From: Mobula birostris
Taxonomy: Eukaryota
Reading direction: 5' to 3'
NCBI RefSeq assembly: GCF_030028105.1
Contig: NW_027274494.1
Location: forward strand, 1-64,000
Length of the DNA stretch: 64,000 nt
Part shown: in pieces, positions 32,421 to 45,600 of the stretch
Layout: every line of letters starts with the position of its first letter
Position numbering within the stretch: the stretch's first letter is position 1
Translations under genes and position numbers: made by a program
The notes under the pieces: model-generated
Seen by the model: the letters and a program-made list of their open reading frames with translations, nothing else
Database searches by the model: none
What the model was told of the DNA's origin: nothing

Positions 32421-35400
32421 TAGTGGGCAGCGGAGATTGCGGGCGGCGGAGTGAGCCGGGAGCAGAGTGAAGACTTAAGGGCTTCGGCTCAACGGGCTTA
32501 GGCGGAAACGGGCGAGACGAGGAAGGTTTGGGATTCATTTTCTGTTGTTATTAGAGGAGAGGGGCAGTATGAGTGTGAGGGCAGTTTGCTGTTCTCGGTG
32601 TCGGATGCGGGAGGCCCTGGAGTCTCCAAGCCTCCCGGACGTCTACATCTGCGCCAAGTGCATCGAGATGCAGCTCCTAAGGGACCGCGTTACAGAACTG
32701 GAGCTGCAACTCGATGACCTTCGTCTGGTCAGGGAGAGTGAGGAGTTGATAGAGAGGAGTTATAGGTAAGAGGTCACACCGGGGCCACGGGAGGCAGACA
32801 AGTGGTTCACGGTTAGGAGGGGGAAGGGGAAGAGTCAGGTAATAGAGAGTACTCCGGTGGCTGTGCCCCTTAACAATAGGTACTCCTGTTTGAGTACTGC
32901 TGGGGGGAACAGCTTACCCGGGGGAAGCGACAGTGGCCGTGCCTCCGGCACAGAGTCTGGCCCTGTAGCTCAGAAGGGTAAGGCAAGGAAGAGGAGGGCA
33001 GTTGTGATAGGGGACTCGATAGTAAGGGGGTCAGATTAGGCGATTCTGTGGACGCAGTCCAGAGACCCGGATCGTAGTTTGCCTCCCTGGTGCCAGGGTC
33101 CGGGGTATTTCTGATCGTGTTCAAGATATCCTGAAGTGGGAGGGTGAGGAGCCAGAGGTCGTGGTACATATAGGTACCAATGACATAGGTAGGAAAAGGG
33201 ATGAGGTCCTGAAAGGAGAATATAGGGAGCTGGAAAGGGAGTTGAGAAAAAGGACCTCAAGGGATTACTGCCTGTGCCACGCGACAGTGAGAGTAGGAAT
33301 GCGATGAGGTGGAGGATAAATGCGTGGCTGAGGGATTGGAGCAGGGGGCAGAGATTCAAGTTTTTGGATCATTGGGACCTCTTTTGGCGCAGGCGTGACC
33401 TTTACAAAAAGGACGGGTTACCCTTGAATCCTAAAGGGACCAATATCCTGGCAGGGAGATTAGCGAGGGCTACTGAGGTGACTTTAAACTAGACTGGTTG
33501 AGGGGTGGGAAACAAATTGAAGAGGCTAGGCGAGAGGAGGTTAGTTCACAACAGGGGTATGGGAACCAGTGCAGAGAGACATAGGGGTGTAAAGTGAGGG
33601 TAGAAGCAAAAAGTACTAAGGAGAAAAGTAAAAGTGGCAGGCCGACAAATCCAGGGCAAGCATTAAAAAGGGCCACTTTTCAACATAATTGCATAAGGGC
33701 TAAGAGAGTTGTAAAAGAGCGGTGAAGGCTTTGTGTGTCAATGCAAGGAGCATTCGTAATAAGGTGGATGAATTGAAAGTGTAGATTGTTATTAATGATT
33801 ATAATATAGTTGGGATCACAGAGACATGGCTCCAGAGTGACCAAGGATGGGAGATCAACGTTCAGGGATATTCAATATTCAAGAAGGATAGACATGAAGG
33901 AAGGAGAGGTGGGGTGGCGTTGCTGGTTAAAGAAGAGATTAACGCAATAGAAAGGAAGGACATAAGACGGGAAGATGTGGAATCGATATGGGTACAGCTG
34001 CGTAACACTAAGGGGCAGAAGACGCTGGTGGGAGTTGTGTACAGGCCACCTAACAGTAGTAGTGAGGACAGAGATGGTATTAAACAGGAAATTAGAAATG
34101 TGTACAATAAAGGAACAGCAGTTATAATGGGTGACTTCAATCTACATGTAGATTGGGTGAACCAAATTGGTAAAGGTGCTGAGGAAGAGGATTTCTTGGA
34201 ATGTATGCGGGATGTTTTTTTGAACCAACATGTCGAGGAACCAACTAGACAGCAGGCTATTCTGGACTGGGTTTTGAGAAATGAGGAAGGGTTAATTAGC
34301 AATCTGGTCGTCAGAGGCCCCTTGGGTACGAGTGACCATAATATGGTGGAATTCTTCAATAAGATGGAGAGTGACATTGTTAATTCAGAAACAAAGATTC
34401 TGAACTTAAAGAGGGGTAACTTTGAAGGTATGAGACGTGAATTAGGTAAGATTGACTGGCAAATGACACTTAAAGGATTGCCGGTGGATATGCAATGGCA
34501 AGCATTTAAAGGTTGCATGGATGAACTACAACAATTGTTCATCCCAGTTTGGCAAAAAGAATAAATCAAGGAAGGTAGTGCACCCGTGGCTGACAAGAGA
34601 AATTAGGGATAGTATCAATTCCAAAGAAGAAGCATACAAATTAGCCAGAGAAAGTGGCTCACCTGAGGACTGGGAGAATTTCAGAGTTCAGCAGAGGAGG
34701 ACAAAGGGCTTAATTAGGAATGGGAAAAAAGATTATGAGAGAAAACTGGCAGGGAACATAAAAACGGATCGTAAAAGCTTTTATAGATATGTAAAAAGGA
34801 AAAGACTGGTAAAGACAAATGTAGGTCCCCTGCAGACAGAAACAGGTGAATTGATTATGGGGAGCAAGGACATGGCAGACCAATTGAATAATTACTTTCG
34901 TTCTGTCTTCACTAAGGAGGACATAAATAATCTTCCGGAAATAGTAGGGGACACAGGGTCCAGTGAGGTGGAGGAACTGAGCGGAATACATGATAGTAGG
35001 GAAGTGGTGTTAGGTAAATTGAAGGGATTGAAGGCAGATAAATCCCCAGGGCCAGATGGTCTGCATCCTAGAGTGCTTAAGGAAGTAGCCCAAGAAATAG
35101 TGGATGCATTAGTGATAATTTTTCAAAACTCGTTAGATTCTGGACTAATTCCTGAGGATTGGAGGGTGGCTAATGTAACTCCACTTTTTAAAAAAGGAAG
35201 GAGAAAGAAACCGGGTATTATAGACCGGTTAGCCTAACGTCGGTGGTGGGGAAATTGCTGGAGTCAGTTATCAAAGATGTGATAACAGCACGTTTGGAAA
35301 GCGATGAAATCATCGGACAAAGTCAGCATGGATTTGTGAAAGAAAAATCATGTCTGACGAATCTCATAGAATTTTTTGATGATGTAACTAGTAGAGTGGA

Positions 35401-36624
35401 TAGGGGAGAACCAGTGGATGTGGTATATTTGGATTTTCAAAAGGCTTTTGACAAGGTCCCACACAGGAGATTAGTGTACAAACTTAAAGCACACGGTATT
35501 GGGGGTAAGGTATTGATGTGGGTGGAGAATTGGTTAGCAGACAGGAAGCAAAGAGTGGGAATAAACGGGACCTTTTCAGAATGGCAGGCGGTGACTAGTG
35601 GGGTACCGCAAGGCTCAGTGCTGGGACCCCAGTTGTCTACAACATATATTAATGACTTGGATGCGGGAATTAAATGCAGCATCTCCAATTTGCGGATGAC
35701 ACGAAGCTGGGTGGCAGTGTTAGCTGTGAGGAGGATGCTAAGAGGATGCAGAGAGACTTGGATATGTTGGGTGATTGGGCAAATTCATGGCAGATGCAAT
35801 TTAATGTGGATAAATGTGAAGTTATCCACTTTGGTGGCAAAAATAGGAAAACAGATTATTATCTGAAATGTGACCGATTAGGAAAAGGGGAGGTGCAACG
35901 AGACCTGGGTGTCATTATACACCAGTCATTGAAAGTGGGCATGCAGGTACAGCAGGCGGTGAAAAAGGCGAATGGTATGCTGGCATTTATAACGAGAGGA
36001 TTCGAGTACAGGAGCAGGGAGTTACTACTGCAGTTGTACAAGGCCTTGGTGAGACCACACCTGGAATATTGTGTGCAGTTTTGGTCCCCTAATCTGAGGA
36101 AAGACATCCTTGCCATAGGGGGAGTACAAAGAAGGTTCACCAAATTGATTCCTGGCATGGCGGGACTTTAATATGAAGAAAGACTGGATGAACTGGGCTT
36201 GTACTCGTTGGAATTTAGAAGATTGAGGGGGGATCTGTTTGAAACGTATAAAATCCTAAAGGGATTTGACAGGCTAGATGCAGGAAGATTGTTCCCGATG
36301 TTGTGGAAGTCCAGAACAAGGGGTCACAGTTTGAGGATAAAGGGAAAGCCTTTTAGGACCGAGATGAGGAAAAACTTCTTCGCACAGAGAGTGGTGAATC
36401 TGTGGAATTCTCTGCCACAGGAAACAGTTGAGGCCAGTTCATTGGCTATATTTAAGAGGAAGTTAGATATGGCCCTTGTGTCTGCGGGGATCAGGGGGTA
36501 TGGAGGGAATGCTGGGGCGGGGTTCTGAGTTGGATGATCAGCCATGATCATAATAAATGGCGGTGCAGGCTCGAAGGGCCGAATGGCCTATTCCTGCACC
36601 TATTTTCTATGTTTCTATGTTTCT
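32421..36624 (+). mobile_element. Near full-length CR1 LINE (5' UTR, ORF1 Zn-finger/coiled-coil/SGNH esterase, ORF2 APE+RT, (tttctatg)n tail), inactivated
   Basis: ORF1 from ATG 32569 (CCSRC...CAKC, VIGDSIVRG, DGLPLN); ORF2 has VNARSI, MGDFN, DFQKAFDKVPH, QGSVLGP, FADDTK; several stops and frameshifts. Confidence 0.93.
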
Positions 36625-37890
36625 CTGAAATACCGACACATCGGATTTCAGCTTCTCATGAACTCAATCATGTTATGATCACTGCCTCCTACCGGTTCCT
36701 TCACCTCAATCTCTCTGGACAATACCCAGCCAGTACAGCCGTTCCCCGAGTGGGCTCAACTAGAAGCTGTTCTGAAAATCCATCTCGCAGTCATTCTACA
36801 AATTCTCTCTCTTGAGATCCAGTGCCGACCTAATTTTCCCATCCACTCGCATGTTAAATTCCCCACAATTATCATAACACTGCCCTTCTGACAAGCCTTT
36901 TCTATTTCCTGTTGCATTTTGTAATCCACATCCCTGCAGCTGTTTGGAAGCCTGTATATAACTGCCATCAGTGTCCTGTTACCCCTGCGATTTCGTAGCT
37001 CAACCCATATGATTCTGCACCCTCCGATCCTAGGTGACCTCTTTCTAGTGATTTAATATCATTTCTTACCAATAAACCCACGCCACCCCCTCTGCCTACC
37101 TGCCTATCCTTCCGATACACCGTGTATCCTTGGACGTCAGCTACCAGAGACATGCATCTTTTAGCCACGTCTCAGTGATGACCACAATATTATACCTGCC
37201 AATCTGTAACTGTACCAAAAGATCATCCACCTCATTCCTTATGCTGAGTGCATTTAAGTATAACACCTAAGACCAGTACTCGGTACCTTTGCTTTGATTG
37301 CACCGCAACTTTATTGCACCGCAATTTATCCCAATGGCTGCAAATTTGCCCAAACGCCTGTCTGTCTTTCCTGACATCTTCACTGCTCACTATCTTAGAT
37401 ATAATTCTGTTTCCCCCTCCTCTGCTCTATCATTCCGGTTCCCATCCCCCTGTCAAATTAGTTTAAACCTTCCCTAACAGCTCTATTAAAGTTTCCCACC
37501 AGGATATTGATCGCCTTCGGGTTCAGGTGTAACCCGTCCATTTTGAACAGGTCATACTTCCCCCAGTAGAGATCCCAATGATCCACGAATCTGAAGCCCT
37601 GCCCCGTGCACCAGTCTCTCAGCCACGCATTCATCTGACTGATCCAACTATTCTTGCCCTCGCTAGCACGTGGCACATGTAGCAATCCCGAGTTTACTAC
37701 CCTGGTAGTCCTGCTTCTCAGCTTCCTTCCTAACTCCCGAAAATCTCTCTTCAGGACCTCCTCCATTTTCCTATCGATGTCACTGGTACCAACGTGTACC
37801 AAGAGAGCTGGCTGCTCGCCCTCTCCCTTCAGAATTTTCTGGACCCGATCCGAGACATCCCGTACTCTGGCACCTGGGAGGCAACACAGC
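36625..37890 (-). mobile_element. CR1 ORF1 esterase/APE fragments
   Basis: ORF 37458-37892 CLPGARVRDV...HVGT.D...DGLHLN; RKDRQVGRGGGV. Confidence 0.85.
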
Positions 37891-38199
37891 ATTCCCCATA
37901 GTGTTGTTAGCTGCCACCTTCCCTTTAAGGGTCAGACTGCCAATTATTGCCTGTCAACATTGCTGCATGGAATGTCTGTGCATGAAGGTCTCGAGCCCAG
38001 CACTCAATGCTCAACCGTAGGAGACCCAGTTCGAGTACTACTGTTTGTGATTTTGTCTCTGGATTTCTTCACTGTCCTCTTGTTTATTACAAGTCTGAGT
38101 CGGAGTGTATTCTAGACCTTACTCGGCAATTGCCTTCACCATCATTCATATCTCTCTCGTTACAAAAGGGATTACTGCGTTAGGAGTGTGAGGAGATGA

Positions 38200-38520
38200 G
38201 GGCTCTCATTGAAGCTTCGTATTTTTCTCGGGATGTACGGTGGACAGCATTTTGACTTGATGCATGACCGTCTGGTGTGGAGGCTGCAACGCAGAGGGTC
38301 GCCACGGACTACAGAATGTTCTAGACTGAATCAACTCCATCACGGGTACAACCCTCCCATCCATCGATGACATGTTCAAGACGGAATGCCTCCGGAAGAC
38401 AGCATACATTTGAAAGGACCCTCACCAGCTGGGAAATGTCCTGTGCTCATCGGTACCATCAGGATACCGGAGCCGGAAAACTCAACAATTTACAAGCAGT
38501 GGCTTCCTCTCCGAAATGAG
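38200..38520 (+). mobile_element. Rex/Babar-type LINE 3' fragment
   Basis: Decayed VDSILT.CMTVWCG...ITGTTLPSIDD...IxKDPHH reading. Confidence 0.65.
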
Positions 38521-38559
38521 TTTGCGAACCGTAAACACAAAATAAAACAATAAGCACAA

Positions 38560-41500
38560 AACTCATAATGAAAATGCCATCCCCTTCCGCAATTCCTCCG
38601 TCTCCACCGCATCTGCTCTCAGGATGAGGATTTTCATTCCAGGACGAGGGAGATGTCTTCCTTTTTTAAAGAAAGGAGATTCCCTTCCTCCACTGTCAAC
38701 TCTGCTCTCAAACGCATCTCTCCCATTTTATGCACATCTGCTCTCACTCCATCTTCCCGCCACCCCACTAGGAATAGGGTTCCCCCTTGTCCTCACCTAC
38801 CACCCCACCAGCCTCCGGGTCCAACATATTATTATCCGTAACTTCGCCACCTCCAACGGGATCCCATCACTAAGCACATCTTTCCCTCCCCACCTCTCTC
38901 CGCTTTCCGCAGGGATCGCTCCCTACGCGACTCCCTTGTCCATTCGTCCCCCACATCCCTCCCCACTGATCTCCCTCCTGGCACTTATCCGTGTAAGCGG
39001 AACAAATACTACACATGCCCTTACACTTCCTCCCTTACCACCATTCAGGGCCCCAGGCAGTCCTTCCAGGTGAGGCAACACTTCACCTGTGAGTCGGCTG
39101 GGGTGACATGCTGCGTCCGGTTTTCCCGATGTGGCCTTTTATATATTGGCGAGACCCGACGCAGACTGGGAGACCGCTTTGCTGATCACCTACGCTCTGT
39201 CCGCCAGAGAAAGCAGGATCTCCCAGTGACCACACATTTTAATTCAACATCCCATTCCCATTCTGATATGTCTGTCCATGGCCTCCTCTACTGTAAAGAT
39301 GAAGGTACACTCAGGTTGGAGGAACAACACTTTATATTCAGTCTTGGTTGCCTCCAACCTTATTCTCAAACTTCCGCTAATGACCCTCCCCGCCCCGTCG
39401 TACCCCATCCGTTACTTATTTATATACACACATTCTTTCTCTCACTCTCTCCTTTTCCTTCCTCTGTCCTTCTGAATATACCCCTTGTTCATCCTCTGGG
39501 TTTACGCCCCTTCCTCCTTTTACGTCTCACTGGTCCTCCTGTACAATGATCCTCTCATATCCATTTTGCCAATTAACTGTCCAGTTCTAGGCTCCATCCC
39601 TCCCCATCCTGTCTTCCCCTACCATTTTGGATCTACCCCAACACTTCCACTTAAAAATCTCTTGCTAGCTCTTCCTTCAGTTAGTCCTGACGAAGGGTCT
39701 CGGCCGAAACGTCGACTGCATCTCTTCCTGGAGATGCTACCTGGCCTGCTGCGTTCACCAGCAACTTTGATGTGTGTTGCTTGAATTCCCACACCCCGTA
39801 CCGCTTGGTTTTACATCCTCCCCAAGATCCATAAGCCTGGCTGTCTCGGTAGACCCATAGTTTCTACCTGCTCCTATCCCACCGAACTTGTATCTGCCTA
39901 CCTGGATTCCATTTTATCACCCATAGTTCAGTCCCTCCCCACCTACATCCAGGATACATCCCACGCCCTCCACCACTTCAATAACTTCCAGTTCCCGGTT
40001 CCAACCGCTTCATTTTCCCAATGGATGTCCAATCCCTGTACCCCTGCATTCCCCATCAAGAAGGCGTCAAAGCCCTCCGCTACATTCTAGATAATATACC
40101 TCACCAGTTCCCCAACACCACTACCCTCCTCCGGTTGGCAGAACTGGTTCTTACACTTAATAACTTCTCTTTTGGCCCTTCCCACTTTCTTCAGACTAAC
40201 GGTGTAGCTATGGGAACTCGCATGGGCCCCAGCTATGCCTGCCCCTTCGTTGGTTATATTGAACATCCTGTGCTCCAAACCTATTCTGGTACTGCTCCCC
40301 AACTTTTCCTTCCGGACATTGACGACTACATTGGTGCTGCTTCCTGCGCCCATGCTGAGCTCGTCAATTTCATCGACTTTACTTCTAACTTCCACCCAGC
40401 CTGCAAATTCACTTGGTTTATCGCGGAAACTTCTCTCCCCTTTCTCGATCTCTCGGCCTCCATCTCTGGAGACAGACTGTCCACTGATATCTTCTACAAG
40501 CCCACTGACTCTCATAACTACCTCAATCGTACCTCTTCCCACCCCGCCACGTGAAAAATGCAATTCCCTGTTCCCTGTTCCTCCGTCTCGCCGCATCTGC
40601 TCCGAGGATGAGATTTTCACTTCTAGGACATCTCAAATGTCCTCTTTGTTTAAGGATCGTGGTTTCCCTTCTGCTGTCATCAATGATGCCCTCACTCACA
40701 TCTCCTCCATTTCCCGCACTTCAGCCCTCATCCCATTCTCCCGCCACCACGGAAGGGACAGAGTTGCCCTTCTACTCAGCTACGACCTCAGCAGCCTCCT
40801 GATCCAGCACATTATCCTCCACAACTTCCGCCACCTTCAACAGGACCCCACCACTAAGCACATGTTACCCTCTCCACCCTCTCAGCTTTCCACAGGGATC
40901 GGTCCCTCCGCGACTCCCTGGTCCACATGTCCCTCCCCACGGATCTCCCACCCGGCACTTATCTCTGTAAGCGCAAGTGCTACACCCGTCCCTACACCTC
41001 CTCTCTTGCCACCATTCAGAGCCCCAAACAGTCCTCCCAAGTGAGGCAACACTTCACTTGTGAGTCTGTTGGGGTCATCTATTGCATCCGGTACTCCAGT
41101 GTGGCATCCTCTACATCGGTGAAACCCGGCGCAGATTGGGGGACCGCTTCGTCGAGCACCTCCGGACCGTCCGCCAAAACAGATAGGATCTCCCAGTAGC
41201 CTCCCACTTCAATTCTCCTTCACACTCCCATTCAGATATGTCCATACATGGCCTCCTCTACTGCCATGATGAGGCTAAACTCAGGTTGGAGGTGCAACAC
41301 CTCATATACAGTTTAGGTAGTTTCCAGCCCCTTGGTATGAACATACAATTCTCCAACTTCTGGTAATTCCCTCCCCCTCCCTTCCCCTAGGCCTATGTCA
41401 CTCTGCCCCCTCCCTCAGCTGCCTATCACCTCCCCCATGGTTCCGCCTCCTTCTACTACCCATTGTGTTTTCCCCTATTCTTTCTTCACCTTTTCGGCCT

Positions 41501-41700
41501 ATCACCTCCCTGCCTCCCTTCCCTCAACTCTTTATCTTTCCCCTTACTGGTTTTTCATCTGGAACCTACCAGCCTTCTCCTTCCCACCATCCCCCACCTT
41601 CTCTATAGGGCATCTGCCCCTTCACTTTCGGGCCCGAAACGTCGACCGATCTTTTCCACGGATGCTGCCCGACCTGCTGCATTTCTCCAGGGTGTTGTCA
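38560..41700 (+). mobile_element. Tandem Penelope-like elements: GIY-YIG+pLTR (38560-39790), then RT+GIY-YIG+pLTR (39790-41700)
   Basis: RT motifs MDVQSLYPCIPH, QTNGVAMGTRMGPSYA and IDDYIG; GIY-YIG LYIGET..RLGDRF; frameshifted. Confidence 0.9.
39683..39717 (+). ncRNA. Minimal type I hammerhead ribozyme, best-preserved copy
   Basis: agtc-CTGACGA-agggtctcggcc-GAAA-cGTC-gact; helix I agtc/gact, GUC cleavage triplet. Confidence 0.8.
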
Positions 41701-42415
41701 GTATCAGTTTGCGAACGTTCCCATGGTGCTCACCTATTTTTCAGTATTTATTAATTTTCCTTATTTACGTTAATTTTACATCTTTGCACCGCACTGAGGT
41801 CACGTTGTAGTTGTACAAAACGTCGGCGAGGAGTACGGTGTTCAGTTCTGGTCGCGCTGCTGTAGGAAAGATGCCACTGAGCTGGAAAGAGTACAGAGGG
41901 AGATTCACGAAGATGTTACCGGGACTCGAGGGTCTGAGTTATGGAGAGAAGGCAAGAAGGATGGAACTTTGTTACTTGGAGCGTTGGTATGAAGCCAGGA
42001 GAGGCACAGTTTGGGTGAACGTGAATATTCTTTCCCCCCCCCCCACCCCGCCCCACCGCCGTTGTGAACTGAGGGCCAGTGCGCACAGAATTGAGGCCAG
42101 AGTGGGTGGAGGGAAAAGAGAGAGGAGAGGCAGAGAATGGGGTCCGAGGGGGAGAGAAAGGAGGGGAAGCGGAATGAGTTGGGGATAAGAAGGGCGGAGA
42201 GAGAAGAGGGGAGGAAAGGGGGAATAAATGGGGGGAACGGGGCCGGGAAGTGAGACGAGTGCTCCAGATGGGGAGAGGGAGAGTATTTGGGGAGAATGTG
42301 GATGCGAGAAGAGGAGGAGAATGGGGTAGAAGGGAGGGGCAGAGAGGGTGGGAGGGGATTGAAGGGATGGGAGAGTGAGAGTGGGGTAGATTGAATGGGG
42401 AGAAGTTGGGTGTAG

Positions 42416-42614
42416 TCACTTGATTGAAGTCGGCCCGTCAGGCTGTTGACAGAGATCCTGGATCTCTTCAGGAATATCCGGGTATAAATATGCAGTCTTC
42501 TCGCAGATGAATCCATATTTACTTTTGCAATTGTAAATCCATCCGTACGAGTCGCACTTACTGCAGGTGGGCGATCCATGGGACATCTTGTAGAGAAGAT
42601 AAGAGGCCACATTC
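42416..42614 (-). CDS. Gene C CTLD exon 3
   Basis: NVASYLLYKMSHGSPTCSKCDSYGWIYNCKSKYGFICEKTAYLYPDIPEEIQDLCQQPDGPTSIK*. Confidence 0.9.
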
Positions 42615-45600
42615 CTATCAAAGAGGGTTAGACAATTTCAACAGAGACACAGCAGACCCAGCAGACAACCGGAGAACGTGGCCAAGCTCATCCCTCTAAC
42701 CTGCGCTCTCCCCACAGCCCCTTGTCAGACTCTGAACTAATCCCATGATACCGCGCTCTCCGTACAGAGCCAGCTCCAACGCCGTACGAATCCCACTACA
42801 GTGCTGTCCCATACAATCCTGAGTCAGTTCCTAAATTAATCCCACCGCACCAGCCTCTCCCGACAAGCCAGTATCAGTCAACAAACTAATCTCAATTTCA
42901 AACGCTCTCCCCACATCCTCGTGTCACTCGCAAACCACCGACCTGCAAGAGTCCAAACCTCACCCGTCTCTGCATTTTCCAATCCAGTAAGATCTGTCTG
43001 CATAGCCGATAGAGCTGGAAACAAAATCCTGTGAAATTAAATCCCTTCGATTAATGTGCATGTAACGCGCTGGGAAATGTTCCACTACTAATGTAATGGT
43101 TTCTCTGCAGCAGTAGTGTGTTTGGGTTATGACCAGAGATAACGGGGGCCTTGGGAATGTGCGGCGTCCCATGATGGGAGGAGGTTTCTTTCTTGTGTGT
43201 CCGACAGCGAAGGTTCCTCGGGCTTTATTTCAAGAAAAGATACAGATAGGAAATGCCACAACGGGGAAGTCGTAGACTGCAGGCCTGAGCGGACTTGGAA
43301 TGGTGTCGGGAGTCGACGACACCCCGGGGGAAATCGATAGAGAACGAACGGACGGGAAGGCAGTAAGATACAACAAGCGTTTTAGACAGATTAGTTAAAA
43401 TGGGCCTTTTTTCTCCTTGTTTTCTACACTAACCCTACAGTCAAATGAAGAAATATAAAGCTCACAGGTTAAATTGCATATGGTGTACTTCTCGTTACTT
43501 TGTGCGAGCAATTTGTAACCGGGGAACTCATCACGCAGCATCCATACAAATGATATTTCACAGCATGGACGGGCCGTGGACAGTCTCGCCTCGACCCCGC
43601 CCAGACAAACGCATGATGGTCGAACCTGAGGGTTACATTTGGCCTCTCTTCATGCCTGAACAGGAGAGCATGTGAAGCGTTGGTACAAAGAGGGAATTGC
43701 CCAGTCTCGGACCCCTTGAGTGTGCGATGGGACCATTGTGGAGGGAGCTTCACTCTGTGTCTGACCCCGGGAGTGTGTGAAGGGACGGTGTCGAGGAAGT
43801 TCCATTCTATGTCTAACCCCGGGAATGAATGATGGGACGGTGTGCAGGGAATTTCACTCTACGTCTGATCTCCGGAGTATGTGATGGGACAGTGTGGAAG
43901 GAGCTTCACTCTCTGTCTGACCCCAGGAGTGTGTGATGGGAAATTGTGGTCGGAGCCTCACTCTGTGTCTGCCCCCGGGAGTGTGTGAAGCGACGGTGTC
44001 GAGGGCGTTGCACTCTACGTCTGACCTCGGGAGTGTGTTGTGGGACGGTTTGGAGAGAGCTTCACTTTGTGACTGACCCTGGGACTGTGTGATGGGACGG
44101 TGTGAAGGGAAATTCGCTGAGTGTCTCATCCCGGGAGTGTGTGATGGGACGGTGTGGAGGGAAATTCACTCTGTGTCTGACTCCTGGAATGTGTGATTTG
44201 ACGGTGTCGAGGGAGCATCACTCTGTGTCTGATCCCAGGAGTCTGTAATGGGACAGTGTCGTGGGAGCTTAACTCTGTGTTGGACTTCGGCTGTGTGTAA
44301 TGCGACGATGTGGAGGGAGCTTCACATTGTGTCTGACCTCGGGAGTGTGTGATGGGACGGTGTGGAGGGAGCTTCGCTCTGTGTCTGACCTCGAGAGTGT
44401 GTGATGGGACGGTGTGGAGGGAGCTTCACTCTGTGTCGGACCCCGGGAGTGTGTGATGGGACGATGTGGAGAGAGCTTCACTCTCTGGCTGACCGCGAGT
44501 GTGTGTGATGGGACAGTGTGGAAGGACATTCACCGAGTCTTCCACGGGAGTGTGTGATGGTACGCTGTGGACTGATTTACTGCATGTTAGAACCCGGGAG
44601 TATGTGATTGTTATTGGTATCTCTTCTCACGATGTGACACATACCTTTTCCTCCTTTGAATTTATTTCGAGGAGTCTTGCATCAAGGTCTGAGCAATATT
44701 CCCTCGCTTCATCATAAGATTTCCCCCACGTGGATATGAAATAACACCGGTCTTTATTTCTCTGCCAGTACTGGGGACACGTTTGCCCTGCAAATCAGGA
44801 AATAGTGAATAATTTGCCAGAACGCTCATTTCACCAGCAGGGCTCGGAGAAAGGCAACCTCTCTCTACTCCGTCACATCACAGATCCCGGAATCAGACAC
44901 ACAGTGAAGTACCCTCCGCAACGTCTTTTCACACAGTCCCGGTGTCAGTAACAGAGTGAAGCTGCCTCCACACCGTCGCATCACACACTCCCGTGGTCAA
45001 TTACAGCGGCATGCTTACTCCATACTGTGCCATTGTACAATCCCATGGTTAAAAAAAAAGTGTAGATTCCTAGAAACCGTAACATCAAAGGATTTCCGGG
45101 TCAGGCAGGGAGAGAATCTCCCTCCAAATGTCGCAGTAAGCACAGCAGGTGACGCTGCTGTCATACGGTCCCATCACACACTCCCGGTATCAGACACAGA
45201 GTGAAGCTCCCTCTACACTGTTTCATCACACACTCCGGGCATCGGACATGGTGTGAATTTCCCTCCACACCGTCCGATCCCGCACTCCCAGGGTCAGACA
45301 TAGAGTGAATCTCCCTCCACGCCGTTCCATCACAAACTTCCTGGGTCAGACATAGTGTCATGTTACTCCACGCCGTCCCATTGCACAATCCCAAGGTAAA
45401 ACACAGTGTAGATCCTTTGAAACAGCAACATCACTGATTTCCGGGTCAGACACAGAGGGAATCACCCCGCACACCGTCCCATCACACAGCTCTCCGCCTC
45501 CTCCCTCCCCGTCTCTCACCGCCGCGGATGAGGAGCAAGGGGAAGCGGGGGACGTTATCTCACCTCTTCTGCTGGTGAAGTATTGGCAAATCTGAGCTTT

